Origin: Cyanidioschyzon merolae
Taxonomy: Eukaryota
DNA: 64,000 nucleotides
Reading direction: 5' to 3' (one strand)
Assembly (NCBI GenBank): GCA_000091205.1
Contig: AP006498.2
The notes under the pieces are model-generated. The model was not told the DNA's origin, ran no database searches, and saw nothing but the letters and a program-made list of their open reading frames with translations. Positions 29,245 to 39,136 of this stretch are shown here, one piece after another. Numbering within the stretch: the stretch's first letter is position 1; each line of letters starts with the position of its first letter. The translations under genes and the position numbers were made by a program.

Positions 29245-31586
29245 ATGTGCGCTGATGTCGTAGCAAAGTCTAGCTTTTCAGTTCCATTGTGTTTCGACCC
29301 CCAAGTCTGTGTACTCAAATGCTTTTTCGCGGTTTACAGCAGAATTGTTCGAACAGCGTTCTTTTTCAAAAACATAAAAAAGGAAAGTTCTGGAAATCGA
29401 AGTGGAGGATCCTGGAGACGCAGTATCGCCGGCTGCCAGAAAAAACAAAAAACAGTGCCGAGCAAAGACGAACAAGATAAGACCATGAAGCAAAAAGGGG
29501 TGGGGTGGTCCGACGTCAGGATCTGCGCGAACGACGACAGAACGACGAGACGTTCGTGAAAGCGTGTCTTCTTGGCCATACCAAGGATCCGTACAAGCAA
29601 AAGTTGCAAGAGGCCACAAGAAACCGTGTCGAGTCGCAATCGATGAGTGTTATATAGGCGTCGTCAGGAGAAATGCATTTAGTGAAGGACATAAATCGCG
29701 ATGTGACGGATGTCAAAACAGTCTAGGCTCCGGAGGATTTTTCAGCGAAAGCTTTATTCATCATCTGATGGTTTGCACAGGGAAACGTCGAGGAGAAATG
29801 AGCATGTGCACGCTCTCCACGAAAATTACGCCAAATGCCGCTTGAAGGGTGCTCGATACAAGGCTGACTCGCGTATTTACGAACACGGGACGATGAAGCA
29901 CCTCACGAACCTGGAGAATCGCGTGATCGTGAAACCCGAACGCTCCATGATACGCCCCATCTTTGCGCTGTACCCGGGCCCGTCTCGCAAAGGGATACGG
30001 GCCATCGTCGGTGGCATCACGATCGATAGTAGGCATGCGTGGGAGATCGAGTTTGTCGAAAAGAAGACATCACGCAGAAGAAAGAATGAAGGTTCTGTAA
30101 TCCGTGCGGCTACTCGAGAGCATCGTGCGGTCTTGGGGCTAGTCGACCCAGCAGAAAAGGTATCAGGATCGAAAGAAGATGAAGAAAGATGGGATCACCT
30201 CATGCTGCGCTATTTCGTGTTTTTCGGACCGAGAACTCGAACGCAAGGCCGAAAATGAGCAGGGTGTGGATGCAAATGAAGCGTCGGAGACGCGGAAGGC
30301 TGAGCTTCTGGAGAAGCGCTTCAACGTCGTTCTGTTATGCGAGATCAAGTCACATTTTGTGACAGTCGACTCCAGAGCCCTTGACGGCATCATGCAGGAG
30401 ATCAGTTCGGGGTTAGGTGTCAGCACGAACGAGGTTACGGGCGAAAACCGGGAAACTCATTGAAGGAGTATCATCGATTTCAAACTTCTCAAAACGAGCA
30501 AGAAAAAGGAATTTACGGGGATGTTCGAAAGCGATGGGGTATCCATATGTCGACACTATCGGCGCTTGAAGGCAGACCGTCCAGTTCGGCCCTCGGCTTC
30601 GTCCTCGGCGAACCATGAAGAAAACAAGGAGGCGGATCCTGCGACGCAGGAGGTGGAGGAGAACGACTTTATGGTTGGCGCGGCGAAGCATAAAGATGGG
30701 ATGGAGGCGGGTCCTTCGCCGCAGGACATAGAGGATACCGACTTGTCGCTGGCGCAGACCCCGGAAACACAAAGATCATAACTATCGCTGTGTCCATGCG
30801 TGCGGAAGATGGTAACGAGGGTAACTTACGTCGGAGAGACATGCGTCTGTGGAGGTTCTCGAGAGCAAGAGACTAAAGAGAATCCGGTATAATGAATGCG
30901 AGGAAGAACATCGAGATGTGGAATGCAGGAATGAAAGAGCACCTGGAAACTATGAGCCAGGTGACGAGCCGCGGAGCGGACTTGAAATCTTTTCTGAAAT
31001 CCATGGAGGTTCGCGTTGCTCATTGGGAGGCGCTGTGAAAAGAATATACAAAACCCCGGTGGGCTCGTCTGCGTATGAATCTGTACAGTGGAAGCAGCGG
31101 GCATTCGCGAATTTTTTCAATGAGTTGAGCGCCTTGAAGGAGGATGAAAGTCAGAGGCTCGTAGTAGCATACGGAGCAGGACGATGGAAGACCCAACAAG
31201 GGACTACGCCAGCTCCAACGACGAGAATGTATAACGGGTGTGCAAGGCGTTTCGCTACGATACCTGTAGATGGATTCCGAACGTCCTCTACACACCATGA
31301 ACTGGGCTGTACACTTCAGAGGGCAGAGGTGGAAAAGTGCCAGCGGAGCCCTGAGGCTATAAAAAAGTACGGACCGCTGACGGAAGAGCAAATGGAAACG
31401 AGGGCGAAACTTCGAGGATTGCTTGCACTAGTGCGTACAAGCGGCGACAAGAAATGTATGGAGTTTGTTAACCGAGACTTTCACGCCGCTATCAATATAA
31501 GGAGATGCGCGGTGATCGAAAGAAGACCCCCCAGAGTTGACAAGAGAGAATTTTGTGGGGGAGCCTCTCAAAGTGGAATTATATGA
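29245..31586 (+). pseudogene. TnpB/Fanzor-like RuvC nuclease pseudogene (c2), split over at least 4 frames by frameshifts
   Basis: ORF fragments 29710-30258, 30179-30463, 30521-30781 and 30849-31586 are collinear with the c1 frame. The RuvC-I position reads FMVGAAKHKDG, an Asp-to-Ala change (codon 30683-30685). The RuvC-II region reads VVAYGAGRWKTQ. A TS/Zn-ribbon remnant is FRTSSTHHELGC..EKC..KKC. RuvC-III reads NRDFHAAINIRRC (Asp codon 31476-31478). Confidence 0.6.
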
Positions 31587-31645
31587 GAAAAAGTTGGAAC
31601 CAGTAGTAGGTAGCCGGTCCAAAAATACTGGGAGGCGTCTGCGCG

Positions 31646-32185
31646 TCAGCCGGAGACCTCTTGTCTAGGGCGCGGGTCACTCGCCACTACTGAACACCGC
31701 TGGCGGCAACGTTCTTCTTTTGAAAGGCGTTTGCTTTGCTTTGTCAAATAGCATGGATGTGGTCGCTGTACTGTACATACCCATTTTTCTCGGATTTCGG
31801 ACGCGCTGGATGGACGCCTTTTCAAGTTCGATTTCTGTTTTATGCATCCACGATTCCTTGGGTAGCATGTCGGCACCGTTTGCACCGCGAGCGTGCCCGC
31901 AGACCTAAGCGCGCCTTTCCATTCTCTCGTGCACGCGGGCGGGTAGCTAGAGACCAGTTCAGTAATCGTGAAGTGAAAGAAAGCCTCGTCGGAGAACTTT
32001 GGTGTACCGGATGCAAACGACTCGTCTATTGATACGTCAGCGTCAAATTCGCGTTTGTCAGAAGAATAGATGCCTGCAACTGGATTGACGCACATAGAGC
32101 GAGCATACACGCAGAGGAGTTCAAAGACAGTCTCAGCTATGTCTTCCGTGACCCCTTTTGAATGAAGCTCTATGGCAGTTTCCAA
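31646..32185 (-). CDS. hypothetical ORF; a possible gene fragment continuing, with a frameshift, into 32207-32416
   Basis: A 179-aa ORF of non-repetitive composition abutting the c2 3' end. No domain was recognised. Confidence 0.2.
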   Translation of the reverse strand: METAIELHSKGVTEDIAETVFELLCVYARSMCVNPVAGIYSSDKREFDADVSIDESFASGTPKFSDEAFFHFTITELVSSYPPACTREWKGALRSAGTLAVQTVPTCYPRNRGCIKQKSNLKRRPSSASEIREKWVCTVQRPHPCYLTKQSKRLSKEERCRQRCSVVASDPRPRQEVSG

Positions 32186-33285
32186 GACCAGGAGCGAAGA
32201 ATGTGGTCAGGAGAAGCCATGAGGAATGATTCGATGACGGGCGAGACGATGGACGATCCCGTCTTGCTGGTGACTTCTCGACGGGCGTCCGACTGAATCA
32301 CCGCTAGAGCTCCTGTTATCGTCATGCTCGCCTGGCTCTTCTTTAAGAACAGCGGATTGCCCCTCTTTTTGTGTACTCACGTACACGCCGACCATTTCTC
32401 CCGAATCAAGTCTCATTTAGTGACATGAACACCCGTGATTCCTATAAAACAGTCCCGTTACAGAATGAAATCGATTAAGTGCTGTTTTCAGGCACAATGG
32501 TCTCGCATGGAAGCACGCTTGTCTCGCGGGCGACCCGGTTCTTGTCATCAACTTTGGTATCGTCGGAACGGAAACGTCACATCCAATGGCTTCTTTCGTT
32601 GTACTTGGAATAGAAGTATACCAGGGGATGGATTTGCGAGGAGTCTATCATGATGATATAGTGAGAGCGGTTCTGTTTTGGATGCACGGCATTCAGGATC
32701 AGGGTGACCACAAGGCTGGTTCATCCGCCCGCTGACCGTAGAATGACTGACTTGAACAGTTAAAGCCGGTTTTCGCAAGCTACAACTGTCAGTGTAAAGT
32801 TTGTCAGTGAGCGTTCTCCAACTTTACGGGTACATTCATGTTGTTGCATACCTGCGAGAACTGCAAGCGAAAACACAAAGCGCGTACGAGATCGGGTCCT
32901 TCCAGCGTACTCTGTTCTGAGGTCTGCGCGACAACGCTTTTGGATTGCGCGTTCGTTAGCACAAAGTGGACAGTGTTTCACTGCGGAAAACAGCTCGAGG
33001 ATTGGCCATACGATTTTCGCAAAGAACGATAACGTGCCGCTTGCCAGCACCAGCGGAATTACTTGTACATAAAAGCTTTTACAAGGCGAAACCGCTCACC
33101 GCAAATCGGCACCAAACATATCCTCAGGTTCGGCAGTGTTTCCGCTGCAACGTGACGCCGCCGCAATATCCATCAATTTCTACCCGTTTCCTCATAATCA
33201 TTCAGAGTCACGGCACCAGCAGCAGCTGCTGACGTTTGTGAGAACTGTCTATCTCCGGCCCGGAACCGGTTCCCTGCGGTCAGCT

Positions 33286-36200
33286 ATGTCGTCGCTAGCC
33301 GGCAGCAGACCGCAAGCTCGTCGCTCGGACACGACGCAACCACGACAGCCACTGCACGAGACACCGGTGCGTTCGACGGTGTTCCAGAGCCTACTCGAGT
33401 GCGTGCCAGAGAGCACTTGGTCCGTGGAACTCGCCCGTCTTTGTGATGAGCTTTCCACAGAAGAACCTTGTGACCTGACAGGGCCTTTGGACCAGACAGA
33501 AGCAGCGGTTTCACCGCGCACGCAGGCTGAGCACAGCGAGCCGCGCTCCGCAGACCTCCACAGCTTCACCAGCGAGACGCTGGAAAGCTTCCTCACCAAG
33601 CTCAATACAAGCGTCAAAGTATTAGAAGACGACTGGCTATGCCCTGCGACGGAGCTCGGGGACTCGCTTCAAGTAGCCGCTGAGGCATTCCAGCGCCTTC
33701 GAGCGAACACAGCGCGATGGTTCCTCGGAAGCGCCGTTCCGGACCAGGCGCTCGGGTCTGCTGTACGAAGGTTGCTCCGCCTGTATGCAATTGCAAAACA
33801 GGCGCACGGATACTTTGAGCACCTCGGTGTGCTCAGCGAGGAAGCAGATACGCTTGATCGGGCGCTTGCAGAAGGCAGCATCGACTTGCGAAGCGCATGG
33901 GAGATTTGGGAACGGCTCCACCGGGAGAAAGAACTGCTCGCCGAAGAATTGGCGATTGAATGTGAGTTTTCAACGGTATCGTGCTCAGCGCCAACGAATG
34001 AAACGGAAAGTGAGCGGGAGCAGCTCCAAACGGTGCTGACACAAAGGTGCGAGAAGCGAATCGCAGCGAGGATACAGCAGGCGTGCCGCTGGCGGCTGCG
34101 AGATCTGGTCCCCAGCCTAGAGCAGCATCCGGAAGATATTCACGTGATTGTCGCGATTTTCAAGGAGGAACCTCAATTGCTCGCTCACCTGTTTCCCGAC
34201 GTGATCCGAGAGGCCATCAGCCGGCGAGCTGATCATCACGAGCGATCCATCGTTGGTGCAGCGTCGGAAGCGGAGCACGCTGCGGAGACCGGCGCTCCTG
34301 AGCGTTCGCCAGGCGCGCACTGGCTGCGGGAGGTGCTCGCTGACCTGGATGCAAGGAACACCTCGGAGCAGAATGCGAGCCCAGAACGGAGCGCGCCTAG
34401 CCGCGCAGAAGAATATGGCACCGCCGCCGCTGCCGTCGCATCGAAAGCGCAAACATCAGAGTCGGCAAGCAGGTTGTCTCTCGAGTCGGTCTCGCGGGAA
34501 CCGGAAGAGCCGCAATTCGTTGCTCGAATGCTTCAGCGATGCGAGCTCCTCATTGAAGACATACGGATCGTGCAGAAGCATGTCGCAGCGTTGGGGGAAC
34601 CAGCATTTCCGCTGGATCGCTGGTACGCCCTGGAAACGAACCAAATCATGAACGCAGTCTTCTGGGGCATCATTACTCGCGCAAGTCTGATCCCGAGCAG
34701 AGATATCCTGGACCTGCTGGGGTGGATTCATCGCTATCGCGACTTTCTCCAACAAACCTTTCCCATGCTTGACCCCGAGGGCTCTGCGTCGCCAGCCGGG
34801 GCACTGGTCTGGGATCGCACCCACCAGGAGACACTAGTGCGCGGCCTGGACATGCCCGCTGAGCGACTTATCGAAGGCTATGCGGCACGTGCACTCGAAA
34901 TGATGCGTCGATGGATTCGTAACTGTATCAAGGTGGACACCGAGGGTCCAGTCGATGTTCGTGATGACGATGGATCGCTTTACACGCAAGGCCCGTTGGA
35001 TGTCTTCCGCATCGTGAACGACGAAATGACCATCGTGCAGGAGCGCCTCGAGCTGGGCAACCCACGCTTTGTTCAATGCATCAGCGATGCGTGCTGTGCG
35101 GCTCTGCTCGATTACCGCACCTGGTCTCTGGATGCACTTGAAGGCACGGAATCAGAAGACGGCGCACTCGAGAGATTTTGCGCAACGGTGAATAACCATC
35201 GACGCTGCGAGTCGCTGGCGGCGCAGTTTGCAACGCGGTGTCACACGATCCTAAACCAGGCGGTTTACGGCCTCGGCGACTGGGAACGGGAAACGAGCGC
35301 GACGCCCCAGACACCGACACAGGTGCCTGGTCCGTCGCCAGGTACCGCTTGTGCTCGCGAGTCAGAGGCACTGAACGAGACGACCTATGTGCTGGCAGTG
35401 GACAACCTCGCCGCTCAGTTTGCAGTCTCAGCCGAGTTTGCAGCAACGCGCGTCTGCAACGTCATTTTCGAGGATATGGACGATGCCCCTGGTTTATGGC
35501 CAAGACTGTACACACCAGCGTGGATCTCGGGCGAAGAAGAGATCGCCAATAGCATTGTGGCTACTGTAGACGACTTTTTCCACGACATCGACACGTACCT
35601 GCGCGTGGAGGTTGATCGTGCGCTGGTCGGGAGCGAATGCGCCACCCGCGTTGCCGATCGCTACGCAGCGGCGCTGGCAAGCTACCTGGGTGCCACGGGG
35701 GCTGCGCCCGAGGTCGGCGACGCCCAGCGTGCATCGCCAGAGGCGCTGGATCCAGCGGGCGCCACCCCGCCGCTCCTTGGTCCAAGATCGCGCGATCGCA
35801 TCGCGCAGCGCATCGCTGGTGGAAGCTCCAGCCGCCTGCTCCAGGTGCGTGCCGCCGGCTCCGAGGATGCGCGTCAGGGCAGGCGATTTCGTGACGCGCA
35901 CCCAGTCGCCAACCTCGATCGGCGCATGGTCGAGCGACTGCGCAAAGACTACGGGATCCTGGCGGCGCACTTTTTACACGCACGTCGTGGCGGCTCGCAC
36001 GCACGAGTGGTGCGTGCACTCGCTGCGATCGACGCGATCGCTGATATGCTGGCGGCTGCATTCGCGAACAACGCGGATGCGGTTAGCGTACATTTCAGTC
36101 ATCTGTTGGATGCGCGACTGAGTCGACACACCTTGTACTTATGGCAGCCGAGTACCGTAGAGCGCTTGCTGGTTGCAGTCGCCGAGGCAACGGAACGGAC

Positions 36201-36300
36201 GAATGCGCTGGATACCTGGAAGGAGGCAGTAGCAGCGTGCAGGCGCGCGTGGAGTGCCCGTGAGCAGCGTGACTGGGGCGAGCAGCCAGTGAGCTCGTGA
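33286..36300 (+). CDS. exocyst complex component Sec6 (EXOC3)-like tethering-complex subunit
   Basis: The ORF starts with GTG at 33136, and the first ATG is at 33286. RLIEGYAARALEMMRRWIRNCIKVDTEGPVDVRDDDGSLYTQGPLDVFRIVNDEMTIVQE aligns with the Sec6 core (KLVEGTLVLWFQNLLEADKQPPVRETDGKLYTPLAVIVFQMLNQQVQVISE in human EXOC3). It is a long, probably helical protein, and the stop codon is TGA. Confidence 0.55.
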   Translation: MSSLAGSRPQARRSDTTQPRQPLHETPVRSTVFQSLLECVPESTWSVELARLCDELSTEEPCDLTGPLDQTEAAVSPRTQAEHSEPRSADLHSFTSETLESFLTKLNTSVKVLEDDWLCPATELGDSLQVAAEAFQRLRANTARWFLGSAVPDQALGSAVRRLLRLYAIAKQAHGYFEHLGVLSEEADTLDRALAEGSIDLRSAWEIWERLHREKELLAEELAIECEFSTVSCSAPTNETESEREQLQTVLTQRCEKRIAARIQQACRWRLRDLVPSLEQHPEDIHVIVAIFKEEPQLLAHLFPDVIREAISRRADHHERSIVGAASEAEHAAETGAPERSPGAHWLREVLADLDARNTSEQNASPERSAPSRAEEYGTAAAAVASKAQTSESASRLSLESVSREPEEPQFVARMLQRCELLIEDIRIVQKHVAALGEPAFPLDRWYALETNQIMNAVFWGIITRASLIPSRDILDLLGWIHRYRDFLQQTFPMLDPEGSASPAGALVWDRTHQETLVRGLDMPAERLIEGYAARALEMMRRWIRNCIKVDTEGPVDVRDDDGSLYTQGPLDVFRIVNDEMTIVQERLELGNPRFVQCISDACCAALLDYRTWSLDALEGTESEDGALERFCATVNNHRRCESLAAQFATRCHTILNQAVYGLGDWERETSATPQTPTQVPGPSPGTACARESEALNETTYVLAVDNLAAQFAVSAEFAATRVCNVIFEDMDDAPGLWPRLYTPAWISGEEEIANSIVATVDDFFHDIDTYLRVEVDRALVGSECATRVADRYAAALASYLGATGAAPEVGDAQRASPEALDPAGATPPLLGPRSRDRIAQRIAGGSSSRLLQVRAAGSEDARQGRRFRDAHPVANLDRRMVERLRKDYGILAAHFLHARRGGSHARVVRALAAIDAIADMLAAAFANNADAVSVHFSHLLDARLSRHTLYLWQPSTVERLLVAVAEATERTNALDTWKEAVAACRRAWSAREQRDWGEQPVSS

Positions 36301-37083
36301 TGAAGGCAGCATCGGTGATAGACTAGTATTGCAGGTGTCAGACGAGCTGCACGTTTGCGAAGACTCTGCAGGAGATTCGTTTCGAGGAATCGAGCAGTGC
36401 AGCGATTTGTTGCGCAGGCATCCGACCGCATTGGCCGGAAGGGCAACGCGTTCGACAGAAAGGCCCCGTTCCCTGGTTTGGGTGCGTGGTAGCTCGGCAA
36501 AACGGTCCCGGTTGGGGTATGCGCTCCAGCTTCCGCACGATCAAGGTGCCTATTTTTGTTGTTCTTGTTGGTGCTACTTTTGTTGCACGCGCTATCGGCA
36601 ACAACTGTGTCGTGTCGGGTGCTTCGTAGCGCATCGCTTTCTCGACAGCTGCTGCTCATGCATGCTATTGCTGTCGAGGAGAAGGGCACGTTTTGGACAC
36701 ACACGTGGCAGGCAGCGAATCGAAGCGCTTCGCGATCGTTCGTGAACCTGCTGCTCGGCGGATTCAGAGAGCGCGGCATTGTGGAGCTCTTGCGCGGCGG
36801 GCACACGCATTACACGCCCGAATCCACGCACAAATGTGACGCATTGGTGGTTACACCCGAGACGACAGGGAACCCATCGCGACGAGCGCCGCACGCTCGA
36901 CATGAAGACGTGAATTATCGCTTAAAAATACGCCCCCAACAACATGCGATCAAAGAACATGCACGTAGCCGCTGTGTCATTTCCGTGACACGAAACGATC
37001 GTTGAACACATCGAATAGAACTAGGTAAGCGATTCATACCCGAAAACAAGATGAACGCTAGAAAATGTCATGTAGCGTTGCGA

Positions 37084-38307
37084 TCACGGGGCAGAGAGCC
37101 GCATGGATTCAGTACCTTGATCATTCGCATCGTTTGCGTTCGGAAAGCGGCCTTGTTCGTCGTCGACAGCCTGCTCACAGTCCTCTGCTTCTGAAAGGCT
37201 CTCATGATCCAACTCATCTTGGATTGCTCTCTGTGCCGCTCTGGTAATCATCATAATCAACAAAATCATCGAACCTATACTTAATAAACGTAGGAGATTT
37301 TTGGGGCCGCGGTGCCTAGCCAGTGCAGCATCGGCTTCAGTGACAACGTCTGCACCGTTCTGTTTCGCGGGGTTCGTCGACCAACGCAGCTGCGCGCCGA
37401 TCGTCACAAGCAAAATGATGCCAGGCAGAATGCCGAGAATTGTACCTAGACAAAAAGAGCCAATCTGCACCTGCGACACGCCCATAGCCATGGAAGATAA
37501 GGCGAACGGAAACAGCGGGCTCAGCCGCATGAGGGTCACGAAGCGTAACGCCTGACGTGATAGCGCCCGATTGACCGCTAAATACGTGTTGCGCCGTTCC
37601 GAATTCTCAATCAGGCGCTCCATTCTTTCGCGGAGATAATAGCGAGACGTGTACAGACAGAGCAGCGCAGCGGCCAGATGGCAGCACAGAGCAACCGCAA
37701 TCCCGCAGACGAGGCCGAAGAGCATACCCGCGCCGATCGCCATGAGCCAGGCAGGAAACTCAAGGGCGGCTAGTATGATATACATGGAAGCGTAACTAAC
37801 AAGTCGCAGTGGCCATGGAAGACCTCGCATCCAAGATACAGCCGCAGAAAACGCAAACGCGACCTGTTTGTGTAGCACGAGCAGCACGACGCCGAGCGCA
37901 AGCACCGCAGTTACCGCAGTGACGAGAACCCAGAGATTCGCTCTTCGCTCGCCGACACAGACGCTTGGATTGGTGCGCATATCGAGCACATCAGTGCTCG
38001 CCGAACAGCCCACGGAGACGTCGGTGTGATCGGCGACGTGACCTGAGGGCTGCGTGCGCTGCCGCCCCCGTACAGGAGCACGACTCGTTCTTGCTCCGAG
38101 TACCGCTCCTCGTCCAGAATCTTTGGGTTTCAGCAAGTCGCCAGCGAGCGCAAAATCGCTCCGAGAGAGCGAACGACTGCGAACGAGAACGCCAGCGCTT
38201 TCCAAACCCGGCTGCCGACTCACTTCGGTACCAGTGAGCGCCGACTGCGCAGATGTGCTCCGCGACCGCCGGTGTAAGACCGGCTCCGTTTCGACACTGG
38301 GTTTCAT
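37084..38307 (-). CDS. TVP38/TMEM64 (DedA/SNARE-associated Golgi protein) family membrane protein
   Basis: The ORF starts with GTG at 38388, and the first ATG is at 38307. The family core is present: ILAALEFPAWLMAIGAGMLFG...YLAVNRALSRQALRFVTLMRLSPLFPFALSSMAMGVSQVQIGSFCLGTILGILPGIILLVTIGAQL. Confidence 0.7.
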   Translation of the reverse strand: MKPSVETEPVLHRRSRSTSAQSALTGTEVSRQPGLESAGVLVRSRSLSRSDFALAGDLLKPKDSGRGAVLGARTSRAPVRGRQRTQPSGHVADHTDVSVGCSASTDVLDMRTNPSVCVGERRANLWVLVTAVTAVLALGVVLLVLHKQVAFAFSAAVSWMRGLPWPLRLVSYASMYIILAALEFPAWLMAIGAGMLFGLVCGIAVALCCHLAAALLCLYTSRYYLRERMERLIENSERRNTYLAVNRALSRQALRFVTLMRLSPLFPFALSSMAMGVSQVQIGSFCLGTILGILPGIILLVTIGAQLRWSTNPAKQNGADVVTEADAALARHRGPKNLLRLLSIGSMILLIMMITRAAQRAIQDELDHESLSEAEDCEQAVDDEQGRFPNANDANDQGTESMRLSAP

Positions 38308-38624
38308 AGAAACATACGAGACAGTACCGCTCCACCCAAACAACCGGCGAAGAGGCGTATCGGTGCACACGCGCACACAGACGCACACCCACGTTCACGG
38401 AAACGGTTCCCACCGAATGCGATGCAACCCCCGACGCTGATGCGTCAGCAGGTCTGCGCGCGTGCCCTACCCCGGTTTTATCTCAGGGCGGCGGAGCGCG
38501 TCGATCACCGGCTGCCTGGTGCGCGAAGCTGCGGTATCGCCGCAGTCGCCGCCTTCAGTGTCGTCGGTAGGCGCCAGATGAGCACTTCTTGGTACACAGG
38601 AACGGCGGTTTGCAGAGGAGGCCC

Positions 38625-38805
38625 CGCTGAATGATTTTTTTTGATGGACCGGACGTTGACATGCACCATGGATCCCAGATTGTGGGATGGATACCGGTGA
38701 TCGAAAGAGCGTTCATCATGCTGCACTCTATGTTCCAGTTCCATTGGTCGTACGTTTTCTCCGATATACTGGTCGTTTCGTACGTTCTACATTGCACCGT
38801 GTGCA
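38625..38805. repeat. solo terminal fragment of the c1-c3 transposon family (terminus motif plus one 105-bp-type unit)
   Basis: CGGACGTTGACATGCACCATGGATCCCAGATTGTGGGATGGATACCGG matches the c1 and c2 termini. It is followed by a diverged subterminal unit (tggtcgtttcgtacgttctac). Confidence 0.6.
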
Positions 38806-38813
38806 AGCAGTTC

Positions 38814-38849
38814 GCGCCTGCACCAGCGCCTGCACCAGCGCCTGCACCG
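38814..38849. repeat. (GCGCCTGCACCA)3 minisatellite
   Basis: Seen directly in the sequence. Confidence 0.9.
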
Positions 38850-39136
38850 TTGGTACGGACGCAGCACGCAGGTGGTGGGTAAGCGTTGCCGCACGCTGGT
38901 GGGCATCGGCTCCACATGCGATGCCCCTGATGCGCAGTCGATAGTCCTCGTCAGTTTGTGCGGCAAAATTTGGATTTCCTTTTCGGGATCAGAGTCGTTA
39001 CCATAACGCGTGATCATAAGATGCGAGATAAGTATCGGTATCCAACGCTGCACTCCAGAACGTTGACGGTGCTGTAGGGTCGCCTGAACGAGGCACGGGA
39101 TCCCCGATTTTCGACGGTGTTGATCGCCGTCGAGCG

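Larger units (their letters stand above)
28255..31653 (+). mobile_element. Transposon copy c2: left terminus with subterminal repeats, a TnpB/Fanzor-like pseudogene, and the conserved 3' block; no right TIR is recognisable
   Basis: The left end is homologous to the c1 TIR (GAAGACGAAACGTTCACGTGGACCATGGATCCCAGATTG at about 28255). The internal region 29016-31410 is about 98 percent identical to c3 58195-60590. Confidence 0.65.

Noticed and set aside
36099-36806. 235-aa minus-strand ORF downstream of Sec6
   Set aside because: It is low-complexity (Ser/Ala/Arg-rich), has no domain, and overlaps a divergent intergenic region. It is probably non-coding.
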